Shown piece after piece: positions 1 to 11,750 of a stretch of 34,541 nucleotides of DNA (position 1 is the stretch's first letter; every line of letters starts with the position of its first letter). Source of the stretch: Macrostomum lignano (taxonomy: Eukaryota). The stretch covers positions 1-34,541 of the forward strand of contig NIVC01000569.1 in assembly GCA_002269645.1 (NCBI GenBank). The letters run 5' to 3'. The notes below the pieces were generated by a model, which worked only from the letters and a program-made list of their open reading frames with translations, did not search any database and was not told where the DNA came from. Made by a program: the position numbers and the translations under genes.

Positions 1-56
1 GAAGCCGCAGTCCTTGGCTAGCTGGGGCGGGATCTCCATGGCAACCAGATGGGGCA
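1..56 (-). CDS. Probable internal exon of an unidentified minus-strand gene running off the window (xPHLVAMEIPPQLAKDCGF)
   Basis: ATTGCAG acceptor at 57-59 followed by a GC-rich open frame with exon-like codon use. Only 56 nt visible and the frame is ambiguous. Confidence 0.35.
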
Positions 57-81
57 CTGCAATACGTGGGGCACTGCAATT

Positions 82-2285
82 ATGCTCAGTAGCTAATTGT
101 GATGGGCAGTAGATTATTGTGATGCTCAGTAGCTAATTGTGATGGGCAGTAGATTATTGTGATGGCCAGTAGCTAGCTAATTGATGGTCAGCAGCTAATT
201 GCGATGGGCAGTAGCTAATTGTGATGGCCAGTAGCTAATTGTGATGGTCAGTAGCTAATTGTGATGGTCAGTAGCTAATTGTGATGGTCAGCAGCTAATT
301 GTGATGGGCAGTAGATTATTGTGATGGCCAGTAGCTAATTGTGATGGTCAGCAGCTAATTGCGATGGCCAGTAGCTAATTGTGATGGTCAGCAGCTAATT
401 GCGATGGTCAGCAGCTAATTGTGATGCTCAGTAGCTAATTGTGATGGGCAGTAGATTATTGTGATGCTCAGTAGCTAATTGTGATGGGCAGTAGATTATT
501 GTGATGGCAGTAGCTAATTGTGATGGTCAGCAGCTAATTGCGATGGGCAGTAGCTAATTGTGATGGTCAGTAGCTAATTGTGATGGTCAGCAGCTAATTT
601 TGATGGCAGTAGATTATTGTGATGGCCAGTAGCTAATTGTGATGGTCAGCAGCTAATTGCGATGGCCAGTAGCTAATTGTGATGGTCAGCAGCTAATTGC
701 GATGGTCAGCAGCTAATTGTGATGGTCAGCAGCTAATTGCGATGGTCAGCAGCTAATTGTGATGGTCAGCAGCTAATTTTGATGGCAGTAGATTATTGTG
801 ATGGCCAGTAGCTAATTGTGATGGTCAGCAGCTAATTGCGATGGCCAGTAGCTAATTGTGATGGTCAGCAGCTAATTGCGATGGTCAGCAGCTAATTGTG
901 ATGGTCAGCAGCTAATTGCGATGGTCAGCAGCTAATTGTGATGGTCAGCAGCTAATTGTGATGGGCAGTAGATTATTGTGATGGCCAGTAGCTAATTGTG
1001 ATGGTCAGCAGCTAATTGCGATGGGCAGTAGCTAATTGTGATGGCCAGTAGCTAATTGTGATGGTCAGTAGCTAATTGTGATGGTCAGTAGCTAATTGTG
1101 ATGGTCAGCAGCTAATTGTGATGGGCAGTAGATTATTGTGATGGCCAGTAGCTAATTGTGATGGTCAGCAGCTAATTGCGATGGCCAGTAGCTAATTGTG
1201 ATGGTCAGCAGCTAATTGCGATGGCCAGTAGCTAATTGTGATGGTCAGCAGCTAATTGCGATGGTCAGCAGCTAATTGTGATGCTCAGTAGCTAATTGTG
1301 ATGGCAGTAGATTATTGTGATGCTCAGTAGCTAATTGTGATGGGCAGTAGATTATTGTGATGGCCAGTAGCTAATTGTGATGGTCAGCAGCTAATTGCGA
1401 TGGGCAGTAGCTAATTGTGATGGTCAGTAGCTAATTGTGATGGTCAGCAGCTAATTTTGATGGGCAGTAGATTATTGTGATGGCCAGTAGCTAATTGTGA
1501 TGGTCAGCAGCTAATTGCGATGGCCAGTAGCTAATTGTGATGGTCAGCAGCTAATTGCGATGGTCAGCAGCTAATTGTGATGGTCAGCAGCTAATTGCGA
1601 TGGTCAGCAGCTAATTGTGATGGTCAGCAGCTAATTTTGATGGGCAGTAGATTATTGTGATGGCCAGTAGCTAATTGTGATGGTCAGCAGCTAATTGCGA
1701 TGGCCAGTAGCTAATTGTGATGGTCAGCAGCTAATTGCGATGGTCAGCAGCTAATTGTGATGGTCAGCAGCTAATTGCGATGGTCAGCAGCTAATTGTGA
1801 TGGTCAGCAGCTAATTGTGATGGCAGTAGATTATTGTGATGGCCAGTAGCTAATTGTGATGGTCAGTAGCTAATTGCGATGGGCAGTAGCTAATTGTGAT
1901 GGCCAGCAGCTAATTGTGATGGTCAGCAGCTAATTGTGATGGTCAGTAGCTAATTGTGATGGTCAGCAGCTAATTGTGATGGTCAGTAGCTAATTGTGAT
2001 GGCCAGTAGCTAATTGTGATGCTCAGTAGCTAATTGTGATTCTCAGTAGCTAATTGTGATGCTCAGTAGCTAATGTGATGCTCAGTAGATTATTGTGATG
2101 CTCAGTAGCTAATGTGATGCTCAGTAGATTATTGTGATGCTCAGTAGCTAATGTGATGCTCAGTAGATTATTGTGATGCTCAGTAGCTAATGTGATGCTC
2201 AGTAGATTATTGTGATGCTCAGTAGCTAATGTGATGCTCAGTAGATTATTGTGATGCTCAGTAGCTAATGTGATGCTCAGTAGAT
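82..2285. repeat. 20-bp minisatellite (GTGATGGTCAGCAGCTAATT and variants), ~110 copies; last ~240 bp is a 39-bp dimer
   Basis: Direct reading. The 13-aa period of ORF 2050-2298 reflects the 39-bp dimer. Confidence 0.97.
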
Positions 2286-2759
2286 ACTTCGCATTCATGC
2301 AAGGGTCTTTATATAAGGATAAGGAGTATACCGGTATTTACTTGCGTATGAAGCAATTATAAGCTGTGCTAGACTTAGTAGGAATGGTTTAATTAATGCA
2401 CCTATTACGGTAAACACCATTAATACAGAAACATACATAAACCTTGACAGCCATTCCTACCTTCTCAAGTAAGCAGAGACAGTGGGAACGCAACAGCCGA
2501 TCCGCCAACTGTTTATTAAGGTTGCAAGTGGGCTTATGGTAATAACAGCAAATAACCTCATTTAAATTGGACTATCTAAGACGGAGACTTCAAGCCTTGT
2601 GGCCCCGGCTTGTTACTTTCGTGCGAGCACTCGAAACAGAAAAAACAAGAATATTTATAGATCTATGTATGGCGTTAGTTCACGCTCCACTGGACTAGGC
2701 AATAGTGCATTTTTTTACTTTAAACTAAGTACAGATAGATTGCCAAACTCATGGAAACC

Positions 2760-4005
2760 TATAGATCTGTAGATCTGACTGAAATTTAGTGCTGTTTATA
2801 GATCTAACTGACGGTTCGGGTGTCTATAGATCTGAGTGAGAGTTCGGGTGTTGACAGATCTAATTTAAATTTCGGGTGTCTATAGATATGAGTGAGAGTT
2901 CGGATGTCTATAGATCTAACTGAGAGTTCGGGTGTCTATAGATCTGAGTGAGAGTTCGGGTGTCTATAGATCTAAGTGAGAGTTCGGGTGTCTATAGATC
3001 AAACTGACGGTTCGGGTGTCTATAGATCTGAGTGAGAGTTCGGGTGTCTATAGATCTGAGAGAGTTCGGGTGTCTATAGATCAAACTGACGGTTCGGGTG
3101 TCTATAGATCTGAGTGAGAGTTAGGGTGTCTATAGGTCTAACTGAGAGTTCGGGTGTCTATAGATCTAACTGACGGTTCGGGTGTCTAAAGATATAACTG
3201 AGAGTTCGGGTGTCTATAGATATAAGTGAGAGTTCAGGTGTCTTTAGATCTGAGTGAGAGGTCGGTGTCTATAGATCTAACAGTCTGGATGTCTATAGAT
3301 CTAACTGAGAGTTCGGTTGTCTATAGATCTGACTGAGAGTTCAGGTGTTTATAGATCTGACTGAGATTTCGGGTGTCTATAGATCTGAGAGTTCGGGTGT
3401 CTATAGATCTGAGAGTTCGGGTGTCTATAGATCTGAGTGAGAGTTCGGGTGTCTATAGATCTGAGTGAGAGTTCGGGTGTCTATAGATCTAACTGCCGGT
3501 TCGGGTGTCTATAGATCTAACTGACGATTCGGGTGTCTATAGATCTAACTGAGAGTTCGGTGTCTATAGATCTGTGTGAGAGTTCGGGTGTCTATAGATC
3601 TGTGTGAGAGTTCAGGTGTCTTTAGATCTGAGTGAGAGTTCGGGTGTCTATAGATCTAACTGAGAGTTTGGGTGTCTATAGATCTTACTGAGAGTTCAGG
3701 TGTCTATAGATCTGAGTGAGAGTTAGGGTGTCTATAGATCTGAGTGAGAGTTCGGTTGTCTATAGATCTGAGTGAGAGTTCAGGTGTCTATAGATCTGAG
3801 TGAGAGTTCAGGTGTCTATAGATCTGAGTGAGAGTTCGGGTGTCTATAGATCTGAGCGAGAGTTCGGGTGTCTATAGATCTAAGTGAGAGTTGGGTGTCT
3901 ATAGATCTGAGTGAGAGTTCGGGTGTCTATAGATCTAACTGAGAGTTCGGGTGTCTATAGATCTAACTGAGAATTCGGGTGTCTATAGATCTTACTGAGA
4001 GTTAG
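2760..4005. repeat. 28-bp minisatellite (GAGAGTTCGGGTGTCTATAGATCTGAGT), ~44 copies
   Basis: Direct reading; core TCTATAGATCT. Confidence 0.97.
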
Positions 4006-4879
4006 CTGATGGATTGACCTGACTTTGAATAAACGGAGAGGGAGAAACAACAGAGATGAAGGATGAAATGAGCAGGCTCCCAGAGCTCAATAGGAAGTCA
4101 TTCATAAAACAGCAGAGGCTCAAGCAAGGCGCAGGGCTGGCAGCAATGGGCATTCAGTCTACAGAAGCCTGGATCTGAGTGGACGAATAAGCTGAGCAGC
4201 CACTTCAGCGAGGCGCCATAGCGATTGAAATAGGGAGAAATGAGAAAAAATATACGGGGATCATTTGAGAGACCTACATGGGAATAGAAAAAAAATAGAG
4301 AAGCTTATTGCAGCTTGGGTTGAATTTATAGCCGCCGATCAATCAAGCTCCTGTTCCGTGCCCGAGGCCATAAGTGCGGGACTAACTAAAACACAGTAAA
4401 TCTTTGTCCTACAGGGGACATTGTCCCACAACCAGCGCTGGGGCAATTCTCTGCCTAATTATACTGACTTCTGAGCACATACAAGCCCTCATACCGAGCC
4501 GCTCTGCCCCAATGGTGTGTGTTACTGGATAATTGGATTCTGATTCTATTGCTATGGTCATAGGTACAGTTTAGCACTTTGTGCACTTTAATTCTGCTCT
4601 TTGTGTAGGCTTACACCGGATGTCAACGTGGATATGAGTTTAGTTTGACTAATAACTGAAAAGTGGATGATCTGTTTTCCAAGAGGAATGAAACATTCAC
4701 CCATGCTTTTAGTTGAATGGAGTTTTCGCTGGTGCATTTTGCACCTCTATCTAGCAGGCAGCCACTAATGGGGGGCATTTTAACACTGTTGTACGAGTAC
4801 TTTACAATTTTCCAAAAATGCATAGCATGCGTATCTACGGGGTGTATTGTGCACTCGATTAGAGCGTGAAATTGTCAAG

Positions 4880-6710
4880 CAGGTGACAGTTCCAATCTAA
4901 ACAGGTGACAGATCTAAATGTAACAGGTCAGCTCTAAGTGTAACAGGTGAAAGCTCTAATCTAACAGGTGACAGCTCGGATCTAACAGGTGACAGCTGCA
5001 ATCTAACAGGTGGTAGCTTGGATCTAACAGGTGACAGCTCGGAGCTAACAGGTGATAGCTTGGATTTAACAGGTGACAGCTCGGAGCTAACAGGTGATAG
5101 CTTGGATCTAACAGGTGACAGCTCGGAGCTAACAGGTGATAGCTTGGATCTAACAGGTGACAGCTCGGAGCTAACAGGTGATAGCTTGGATCTAACAGGT
5201 GACAGCTCGGATCTAACAGGTGACAGCTCGGAGCTAACAGGTGACAGCTCGGAGCTAACAGGTGATAGCTTGGATCTAACAGGTGACAGCTCGGAGCTAA
5301 CAGGTGATAGCTTGGATCTAACAAATGACAGCTCGGATCTAACAGGTGACAGCTCGGAGCTAACAGGTGATAGCTCGGATCTAACAGGTGAAAGCTCAGA
5401 TCTAACAGGTGACAGCTCGGATCTAACAGGTGATAGCTTGGATTTAACAGGTGACAGCTCGGAGCTAACAGGTGATAGCTTGGATCTAACAGGTGACAGC
5501 TCGGAGCTAACAGGTGATAGCTTGGATCTAACAGGTGACAGCTCGGAGCTAACAGGTGATAGCTTGGATCTAACAGGTGACAGCTCGGATCTAACAGGTG
5601 ACAGCTCGGAGCTAACAGGTGACAGCTCGGAGCTAACAGGTGATAGCTTGGATCTAACAGGTGACAGCTCGGAGCTAACAGGTGATAGCTTGGATCTAAC
5701 AAATGACAGCTCGGATCTAACAGGTGACAGCTCGGAGCTAACAGGTGATAGCTCGGATCTAACAGGTGAAAGCTCAGATCTAACAGGTGACAGCTCGGAT
5801 CTAACAGGTGACAGCTGCAATCTAACAGGTGATAGCTTGGATCTAACAGGTGACAGCTCGGAGCTAACAGGTGGTAGCTTGGATCTAACAGGTGACAGCT
5901 CGGAGCTAACAGGTGATAGCTTGGATTTAACAGGTGACAGCTCGGAGCTAACAGGTGATAGCTTGGATCTAACAGGTGACAGCTCGGAGCTAACAGGTGA
6001 TAGCTTGGATCTAACAGGTGACAGCTCGGAGCTAACAGGTGATAGCTTGGATCTAACAGGTGACAGCTCGGATCTAACAGGTGACAGCTCGGAGCTAACA
6101 GGTGACAGCTCGGAGCTAACAGGTGATAGCTTGGATCTAACAGGTGACAGCTCGGAGCTAACAGGTGATAGCTTGGATCTAACAAATGACAGCTCGGATC
6201 TAACAGGTGACAGCTCGGAGCTAACAGGTGATAGCTCGGATCTAACAGGTGAAAGCTCAGATCTAACAGGTGACAGCTCGGATCTAACAGGTGACAGCTG
6301 CAATCTAACAGGTGATAGCTTGGATCTAACAGGTGACAGCTCGGAGCTAACAGGTGTAGCTTGGATCTAACAGGTGACAGCTCGGAGCTAACAGGTGATA
6401 GCTTGGATCTAACAAATGACAGCTCGGATCTAACAGGTGACAGCGCCAATCTAACAGGTGACAGTTTGGATCTAACAGGTGACAGCTGCAATCTAACAGG
6501 TGACAGCGCCAATCTAACAGGTGACAGCTTTAATCTAACAGGTGACAACTCGGATTTAACAGGTGACAACTCGGATTTAACAGGTGACAGCTCCAATCTA
6601 ACAGGTGACAGCTTCAATATAACAGGTGACAGCCTGGATCTAACAGGTGACAGCTCCAATATAACAGGTGACAGCCTGGATTTAACAGGTGACAGCCTTG
6701 AATCTAACAA
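4880..6710. repeat. 21-bp minisatellite (CTAACAGGTGACAGCTCGGAT), ~87 copies, with internal block duplications
   Basis: Direct reading. The rare AAATGAC variant at 5323, 5701, 6184 and 6414 marks duplicated blocks (378 bp = 18 units; 483 bp = 23 units). Confidence 0.97.
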
Positions 6711-7078
6711 GAGACTGACGTTTAATAATTTGCAGTGGATGTCTGATTCGCAGAAAAAGAGACTCGTATTTTGAGATGAAGCGCTCCTAGATTTCACGCT
6801 AAACCTTATTTGGATCACGTGATCCAGGATATGCGATGCGATCCTCCTTATCCTTGCTTATCGAATTTTATTTCACAATAATCAAGGACAACTGTACAAT
6901 GTCAAATGTTAAGACCCTACATGCATATAGGAACCTAACAAATGTGCTCATACAAGAGAAGGGTTTTACAAGAACTTAGTTGAAAAAATTACGAATAAGC
7001 AATCAGAGAGGAATAAGCAGAGAGCAGAAAGCATTTAGAAAAAAGAAACAAATAGACGTATCGAGAGTAAGACAATGA

Positions 7079-7317
7079 CCAGTGACAATTGACTGCTAGT
7101 GACAATTGGCTGCCAGTGACATTTGACTGTCAGTGACAATTGGCTGCCAGTGACATTTGACTGTCAGTGACAAATGACTGTCAGTGACAATTGACAAATC
7201 AGTGACAATTGACTGTCAGTGACAATTGACAAATCAGTGACAAATGACTGTCAGTGACAATTGACTGTCAGTGACAATTGACTGTCAGTGACAATAGAAA
7301 AATCAGTGACAAATGAC
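7079..7317. repeat. ~17-19-bp minisatellite (CAGTGACAATTGACTGT)
   Basis: Direct reading. Confidence 0.9.
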
Positions 7318-7775
7318 GCAGCAATTTAACTGCCAGAAATAGTAATCAAATTAAACTCTCCTTCAGCAGAGAGGAGCTACATTTAATGCTTTCAAAAACA
7401 GCGAGTTTTGTGTGGCCACATCGCATCCCTGCACACATATTGGGGCACAGCAAAAATTTCCTATATACTGTAGCGTAACCTACGTTGATATGGCCTAAGG
7501 GCGTAACACATTAACACGATTTGAGCCTATATTGCTAATGGTCTTCTTTCGTCTGTGTGCAAAGCTTAGTTCTACTTATTTTCAAGGGCTAGCTGGTATA
7601 GATCTTGTGCCCAGTGCTCGAATCGAGTGCGGTTTTTTGACAGATTAAATTTACAGATGTTTTCGCGCTGCTTCCTCGCCATAGAGAAGTGTCAGCAGAC
7701 TGTTCGAAGAGCGGTCTTGTTGAATTGTTCGCTAAAACGCAAGGCAGGTATCCTGTCGTCATACGAGCCTAGCAA

Positions 7776-8317
7776 CTACACAAGCGACTGCCTGACCTCC
7801 CAAACGACAGCGCAGTCATCAACTACTGCTGCTTCGGCGTCAGCCTGCTGCTGTTGCTGGGGCTCCGATTGATCCGAACCGGCCCGGCGATGCCGGAGAA
7901 CTGCAGACTGCGCCGAGCCAACGCGGCCAGAGCGTCCCTGTCCGACCGAATACTGGCGTCCAGGCGTTGCACCTGACGCTTCAACCAGCACTTCAAGCCG
8001 TAGTAGTGGACATAGTAAAGCAGCAACAGGCCCAGCCCGAGCGCGATGTACAGGGAGCAAAAGTACACAGCCGGATAGTCGCCTTCGCGAAGCGATTCGG
8101 CGCTTAGCAACAAGATAAAGAGGCCCAATATAGTCATGATAATGCCGACCATGAGCTCCAGCCAGAGGGCTAGCCGACAGCAGCGGCGTTGGCGGCGACG
8201 CCTGCTGCGCCATTCGCGGCCTTCTTCCATAGCTTTAGATAGCTCGATGGCTGAATTGATGATCTTGCCGATTGGAGAGCGCACAGCGTGATATATCCCA
8301 GACAAGGCAGTGCGCAT
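7776..8317 (-). CDS. Intronless two-transmembrane protein of unknown family (164 aa as given; ~180 aa ending ...QQQQQADAEAAVVDDCAVVWEVRQSLV if one G is missing at 7883-7885)
   Basis: GC-rich ATG ORF. A basic/Cys cluster (RSRRRRQRRCCR) is followed by two hydrophobic stretches (LALWLELMVGIIMTILGLFILLLSA; AVYFCSLYIALGLGLLLLYYVHYYGL). No family recognised. Confidence 0.6.
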
Positions 8318-9247
8318 TTGCTACTCAGCTCTCGCCTCGATCTATTTAACCAACAGAACGCGTGCTTGGTTGGCTAAGCGTACTATTGGACAAGCAAAGC
8401 GCGTTTAATGATTTATATGATGGAAATGCATGGAAGCAGCAAGAGTGTTCAAAAGCGGGTGAATGCAAGACAGTTGAGCAATGCCCTTTCATTGATACTA
8501 AAGTAGGACGCTGCACTCGACAGTTTACCGTCTTTTTTATCACTTGAGAACTCCAGTTCCTAATGAATAAATGTCAATTCACTGCTAAACTTGATCAAGA
8601 AACCAATTAGTCATAACCCACTGAAAAGCTCAGTGCAGTACAGACTAAGCATCGCAGTGAAACCTGAGCATAAAAACTAATTATTGCTTGAAGACTGATC
8701 CAATAAAACTTGATCACTATTCTTCCTCAACAGTAGGAATGCCAAGCCATTTTTCCGCCAGTCGAACTACCAAGGGGGGGGGAAATATACGAACTAATTT
8801 TCAAGAATGGCGTCTGGATAACGACCGAATGCTGGAGAGACTAGCTGAGGATACCCAGCAGTTGCGGCTTGCCCACTGTCGAGGCTTGGTCAGCGACATC
8901 AGAGAAATTTGCAATAGGGCCTTTAAAGTCACCTTTGCTGCCACGTGATGAAGGTCCAGAAGCCCCGTCTGGGTGAAGGCCAGTGACCAACGAAGGCAGT
9001 GCTGATGCAGACACATGTGTTCGACGTGCTGATGAAATTTGGTTGGCAAGGCTGCACTGAGGCGCAGTGCTGTTTGGCGCACAAGGGTGTACTGAATACA
9101 CTAGCGCTTATGGGGAAAATCCGACCTTCTGGCAGAATCGTTGAATACCTCGACGGTTCGGAGGGCTGGCGACTTGAGTCTTGTTTGAGAAGGTTCGCAA
9201 CAAAAATTTGGCCCGTGTTCTTGAATTTCGTGTGACTGCGTTGCTCC

Positions 9248-9650
9248 GACGGCAATGATGACCAACATGGAAAGTGCTGACGGCAATGATGACCAACATG
9301 GAAAGTGCTGACGGCAATGATGACCAACATGGAAAGTGCTGACGGCAATGATGACCAAAATGGAAAGTGCTGACGGCAATGATGACCAACATGGAAAGTG
9401 CTGACGGCAATGATGACCAACATGGAAAGTGCTGACGGCAATGATGACCAAAATGGAAAGTGCTGACGGCAATGATGACCAACATGGAAAGTGCTGACGG
9501 CAATGATGACCAACATGGAAAGTGCTGACGGCAATGATGACCAAAATGGAAAGTGCTGACGGCAATGATGACCAACATGGAAAGTGCTGACGGCAATGAT
9601 GACCAACATGGAAAGTGCTGACGGCAATGATGACAAACATGGAAAATACT
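9248..9650. repeat. 31-bp minisatellite (GACGGCAATGATGACCAACATGGAAAGTGCT), 13 copies, 93-bp higher-order period
   Basis: Unit starts at 9248, 9279, etc. The ACCAAAATGG variant recurs every third unit. Confidence 0.97.
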
Positions 9651-10694
9651 GAACTTAAAAAACGTCCATATACAGACTCAATAGTGCAAATGCAGCACTG
9701 ACTACTGCAGCCTGTGGAGTGTCCACTGTTCTATTACACTAACCTAAGCACTAGTCACGTTAAGGAAATAAATAATACTTGGCAGAAAATTCTAGCTAGC
9801 AATAAATAGTTTAAGTTAATAATTTCTCAGCCGACAATTAGACAATGAATGAATAAAAGGAAAAGGGCAGGTATATTTAAATTAAACAGACTGACAAGGT
9901 GAACCCGTCAGCCAATGAATTAATATAGTTGTACAAAAAACCTATCACTGTTGCCGCTTTGAAGCCACCGTCTCGTGAAATTAGAAAAAAACAAACCAAC
10001 CAAATGTAAAAGTGGACTGCAAAATTAACTGAACTTTCGAGGTTTGCCTTCCTATAATCCTATATCAGAGCAACTACAACGAACATAACAAGCGGAGACT
10101 GAGATAGCTCGAACAGTGTTTGTACACACGCATCGCCAAGGGGCCTACTTGTGAGTAGCAAATTTAGCACTTACTTTCGGTGCGTTTCAACTGGGTTTTG
10201 TTGATTAAATTGACGCAAAAATAAGTACAATAATATAGAATGAAGCGCGCTACAGTACTATTAGTAGGTTATATATATAAAGTGCGTGTTGTTGCCTGTT
10301 TTATTAGGAGCGGTCGAATTTAAAAAAAGGAAAGGCCCATGCAAAGTGCAAGACTGAATAAATAAGTTCAACCTTGCTTTCAAATTCGAATTGCCCTTGT
10401 TTATAAACAAGCAAAAATATTTGTTATAGATTTGTCAGCTAATACTCATATACAATACGATTACTAAGTATGCAATTCTCTGTCTTGCCAATCAACAAAA
10501 CTGTTGCAAAGTTTTCAATTACTTGGAGTCGTACACGCGCAACACCCGGCCGGCTGGCAAGGGGCCCAGCCGAGGTAGGTCGCGAAAATGCCCACCGAAA
10601 AAAACTGTTAGGGCACTAATTACCTGACGATGCATTTAGGCTCAATAATACAGTTATAGTTACTCCCACCGTTTACCCAAAAACTTTCCTTGTT

Positions 10695-10700
10695 TTTATT
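10695..10700 (-). promoter_or_regulatory. Candidate polyadenylation signal of SERF (AATAAA)
   Basis: TTTATT on the plus strand, ~200 nt downstream of the SERF stop. Confidence 0.45.
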
Positions 10701-10900
10701 CATAGGTAAGTTGCATTTTTGGTCAAAAAGTAAGTCGTACGGCCGGTGTAAATCAGCGGGGTTGCGCATGTATGAACTTGGACTTAATAACTTGCTTAAG
10801 AGCAGTCGGGCAAGTAGAGAACTGCTGTATGCGCACGAATATTAGTCCAGGATTAAGAGTCTTATCGACAGCTCCCCCTCTTCTCTTCGCCACCTGTCCA

Positions 10901-11098
10901 TCATTTCTTTTCTCCGGCCGCCTTCTCAGCAGCTTTCTGCTGCTTTTGTCGAAGTATCTCAGCGTCCCGTTGACGGCGCTCCTCCAGCGTCAGGCCTCTG
11001 TTGCCATTCTTCTCGTTAGCGGCCTTTTTCTTGCCCTGCTCGGCCTGCTTTTTGGCATTCTTAGCCCTAGCCAGATCGCGCTGGTTGCCGCGGGTCAT
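10901..11098 (-). CDS. SERF: Small EDRK-rich factor (SERF/MOAG-4, 4F5 family), 65 aa, intronless CDS
   Basis: N-terminus MTRGNQRDLARAKNAKKQ and RRQRDAEILRQKQQKA match the SERF1/2 signature. Start context AAAACATG. Confidence 0.93.
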   Translation of the reverse strand: MTRGNQRDLARAKNAKKQAEQGKKKAANEKNGNRGLTLEERRQRDAEILRQKQQKAAEKAAGEKK

Positions 11099-11294
11099 GT
11101 TTTATTAGTTGCTTGTGTTGTTTAGGATTTAGTGGGCAGTGAGCGAGATCGCTAGAGACGGTGGAACAACCGCTCCGCATTGGGAAACAAATGCCAACAA
11201 TATAAAGTGCTTAGATTTTGAATATTTGATGTCTACCACTGTAAATTGTTATAATAATACTACTTTCAATGTAAAATGAATGCTAATATACTAA

Positions 11295-11750
11295 TCTCTA
11301 TATACTAATTTTGCGCTGTATTCGTGCGTGCGTGCGTGCGTGTAATAGATTTTTTCGAGAATGGCTCAACCGATTCTCTTCAAACTTGCACCATTCGATA
11401 AAAAATTTTCCTGGGATGGTGCATGCATCTTGGCTAAGAAATTGATTAATATTAAAGGGATTAAATATTCGAAAAACATGATTTTCTGCGAAGGTCAAGC
11501 AGCTCTTTCGACCTGAAATGCATTGTAAGAATGCTAGAGAAAAACCTGACTGACTGAATTTCAATTCTGATAAAGATTGCATCACAGCAAGTTGAAAACA
11601 GTGTCGAAGAAATGCACACCCGACTTGATTTAAATTGCGTAACCATACTGCTAACTTAAATTGAGACTGATACTGGCTGACTGAGAAATTGATTATGTCA
11701 TAACTTTTTACTCCAACCGATTTGCTATAAGAATTGAATTATAAGGGCCA
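11295..11750 (+). mobile_element. Possible non-autonomous Helitron/Helentron-type relic
   Basis: A|TCTCTATATACTAA start, then a (GTGC)n microsatellite, then TCGAGAATGGCTCAACCGATT..CAAACTT. This layout resembles animal Helitron/DINE-like elements. No 3' hairpin-CTAG end found. Confidence 0.35.

Noticed and set aside
32-45. RFX X-box-like CCATGGCAAC
   Set aside because: Only one half-site matches and it lies in a probable exon.
4381-4520. Plus-strand branch/acceptor-like site (ACTAAC..TCTTTGTCCTACAG)
   Set aside because: No convincing donor or recognisable peptide follows.
4897-6818. Minus-strand ORFs of 468 and 620 aa (LSPVRSE / HLLDPSC repeats)
   Set aside because: Stop-free frames of the 21-bp unit; no splice or start context.
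8929-9640. Three overlapping minus-strand ORFs with a 31-aa period
   Set aside because: By-product of the 31-bp array read as a 93-bp trimer.
9248-9650. CRISPR-like appearance of the 31-bp repeats (also the 28-bp and 48-bp arrays)
   Set aside because: Repeats are head-to-tail with no unique spacers, no cas genes, eukaryotic context.
10551-10575. 7-bp GC hairpin CGGCTGG..CCAGCCG
   Set aside because: Expected by chance; no supporting context.
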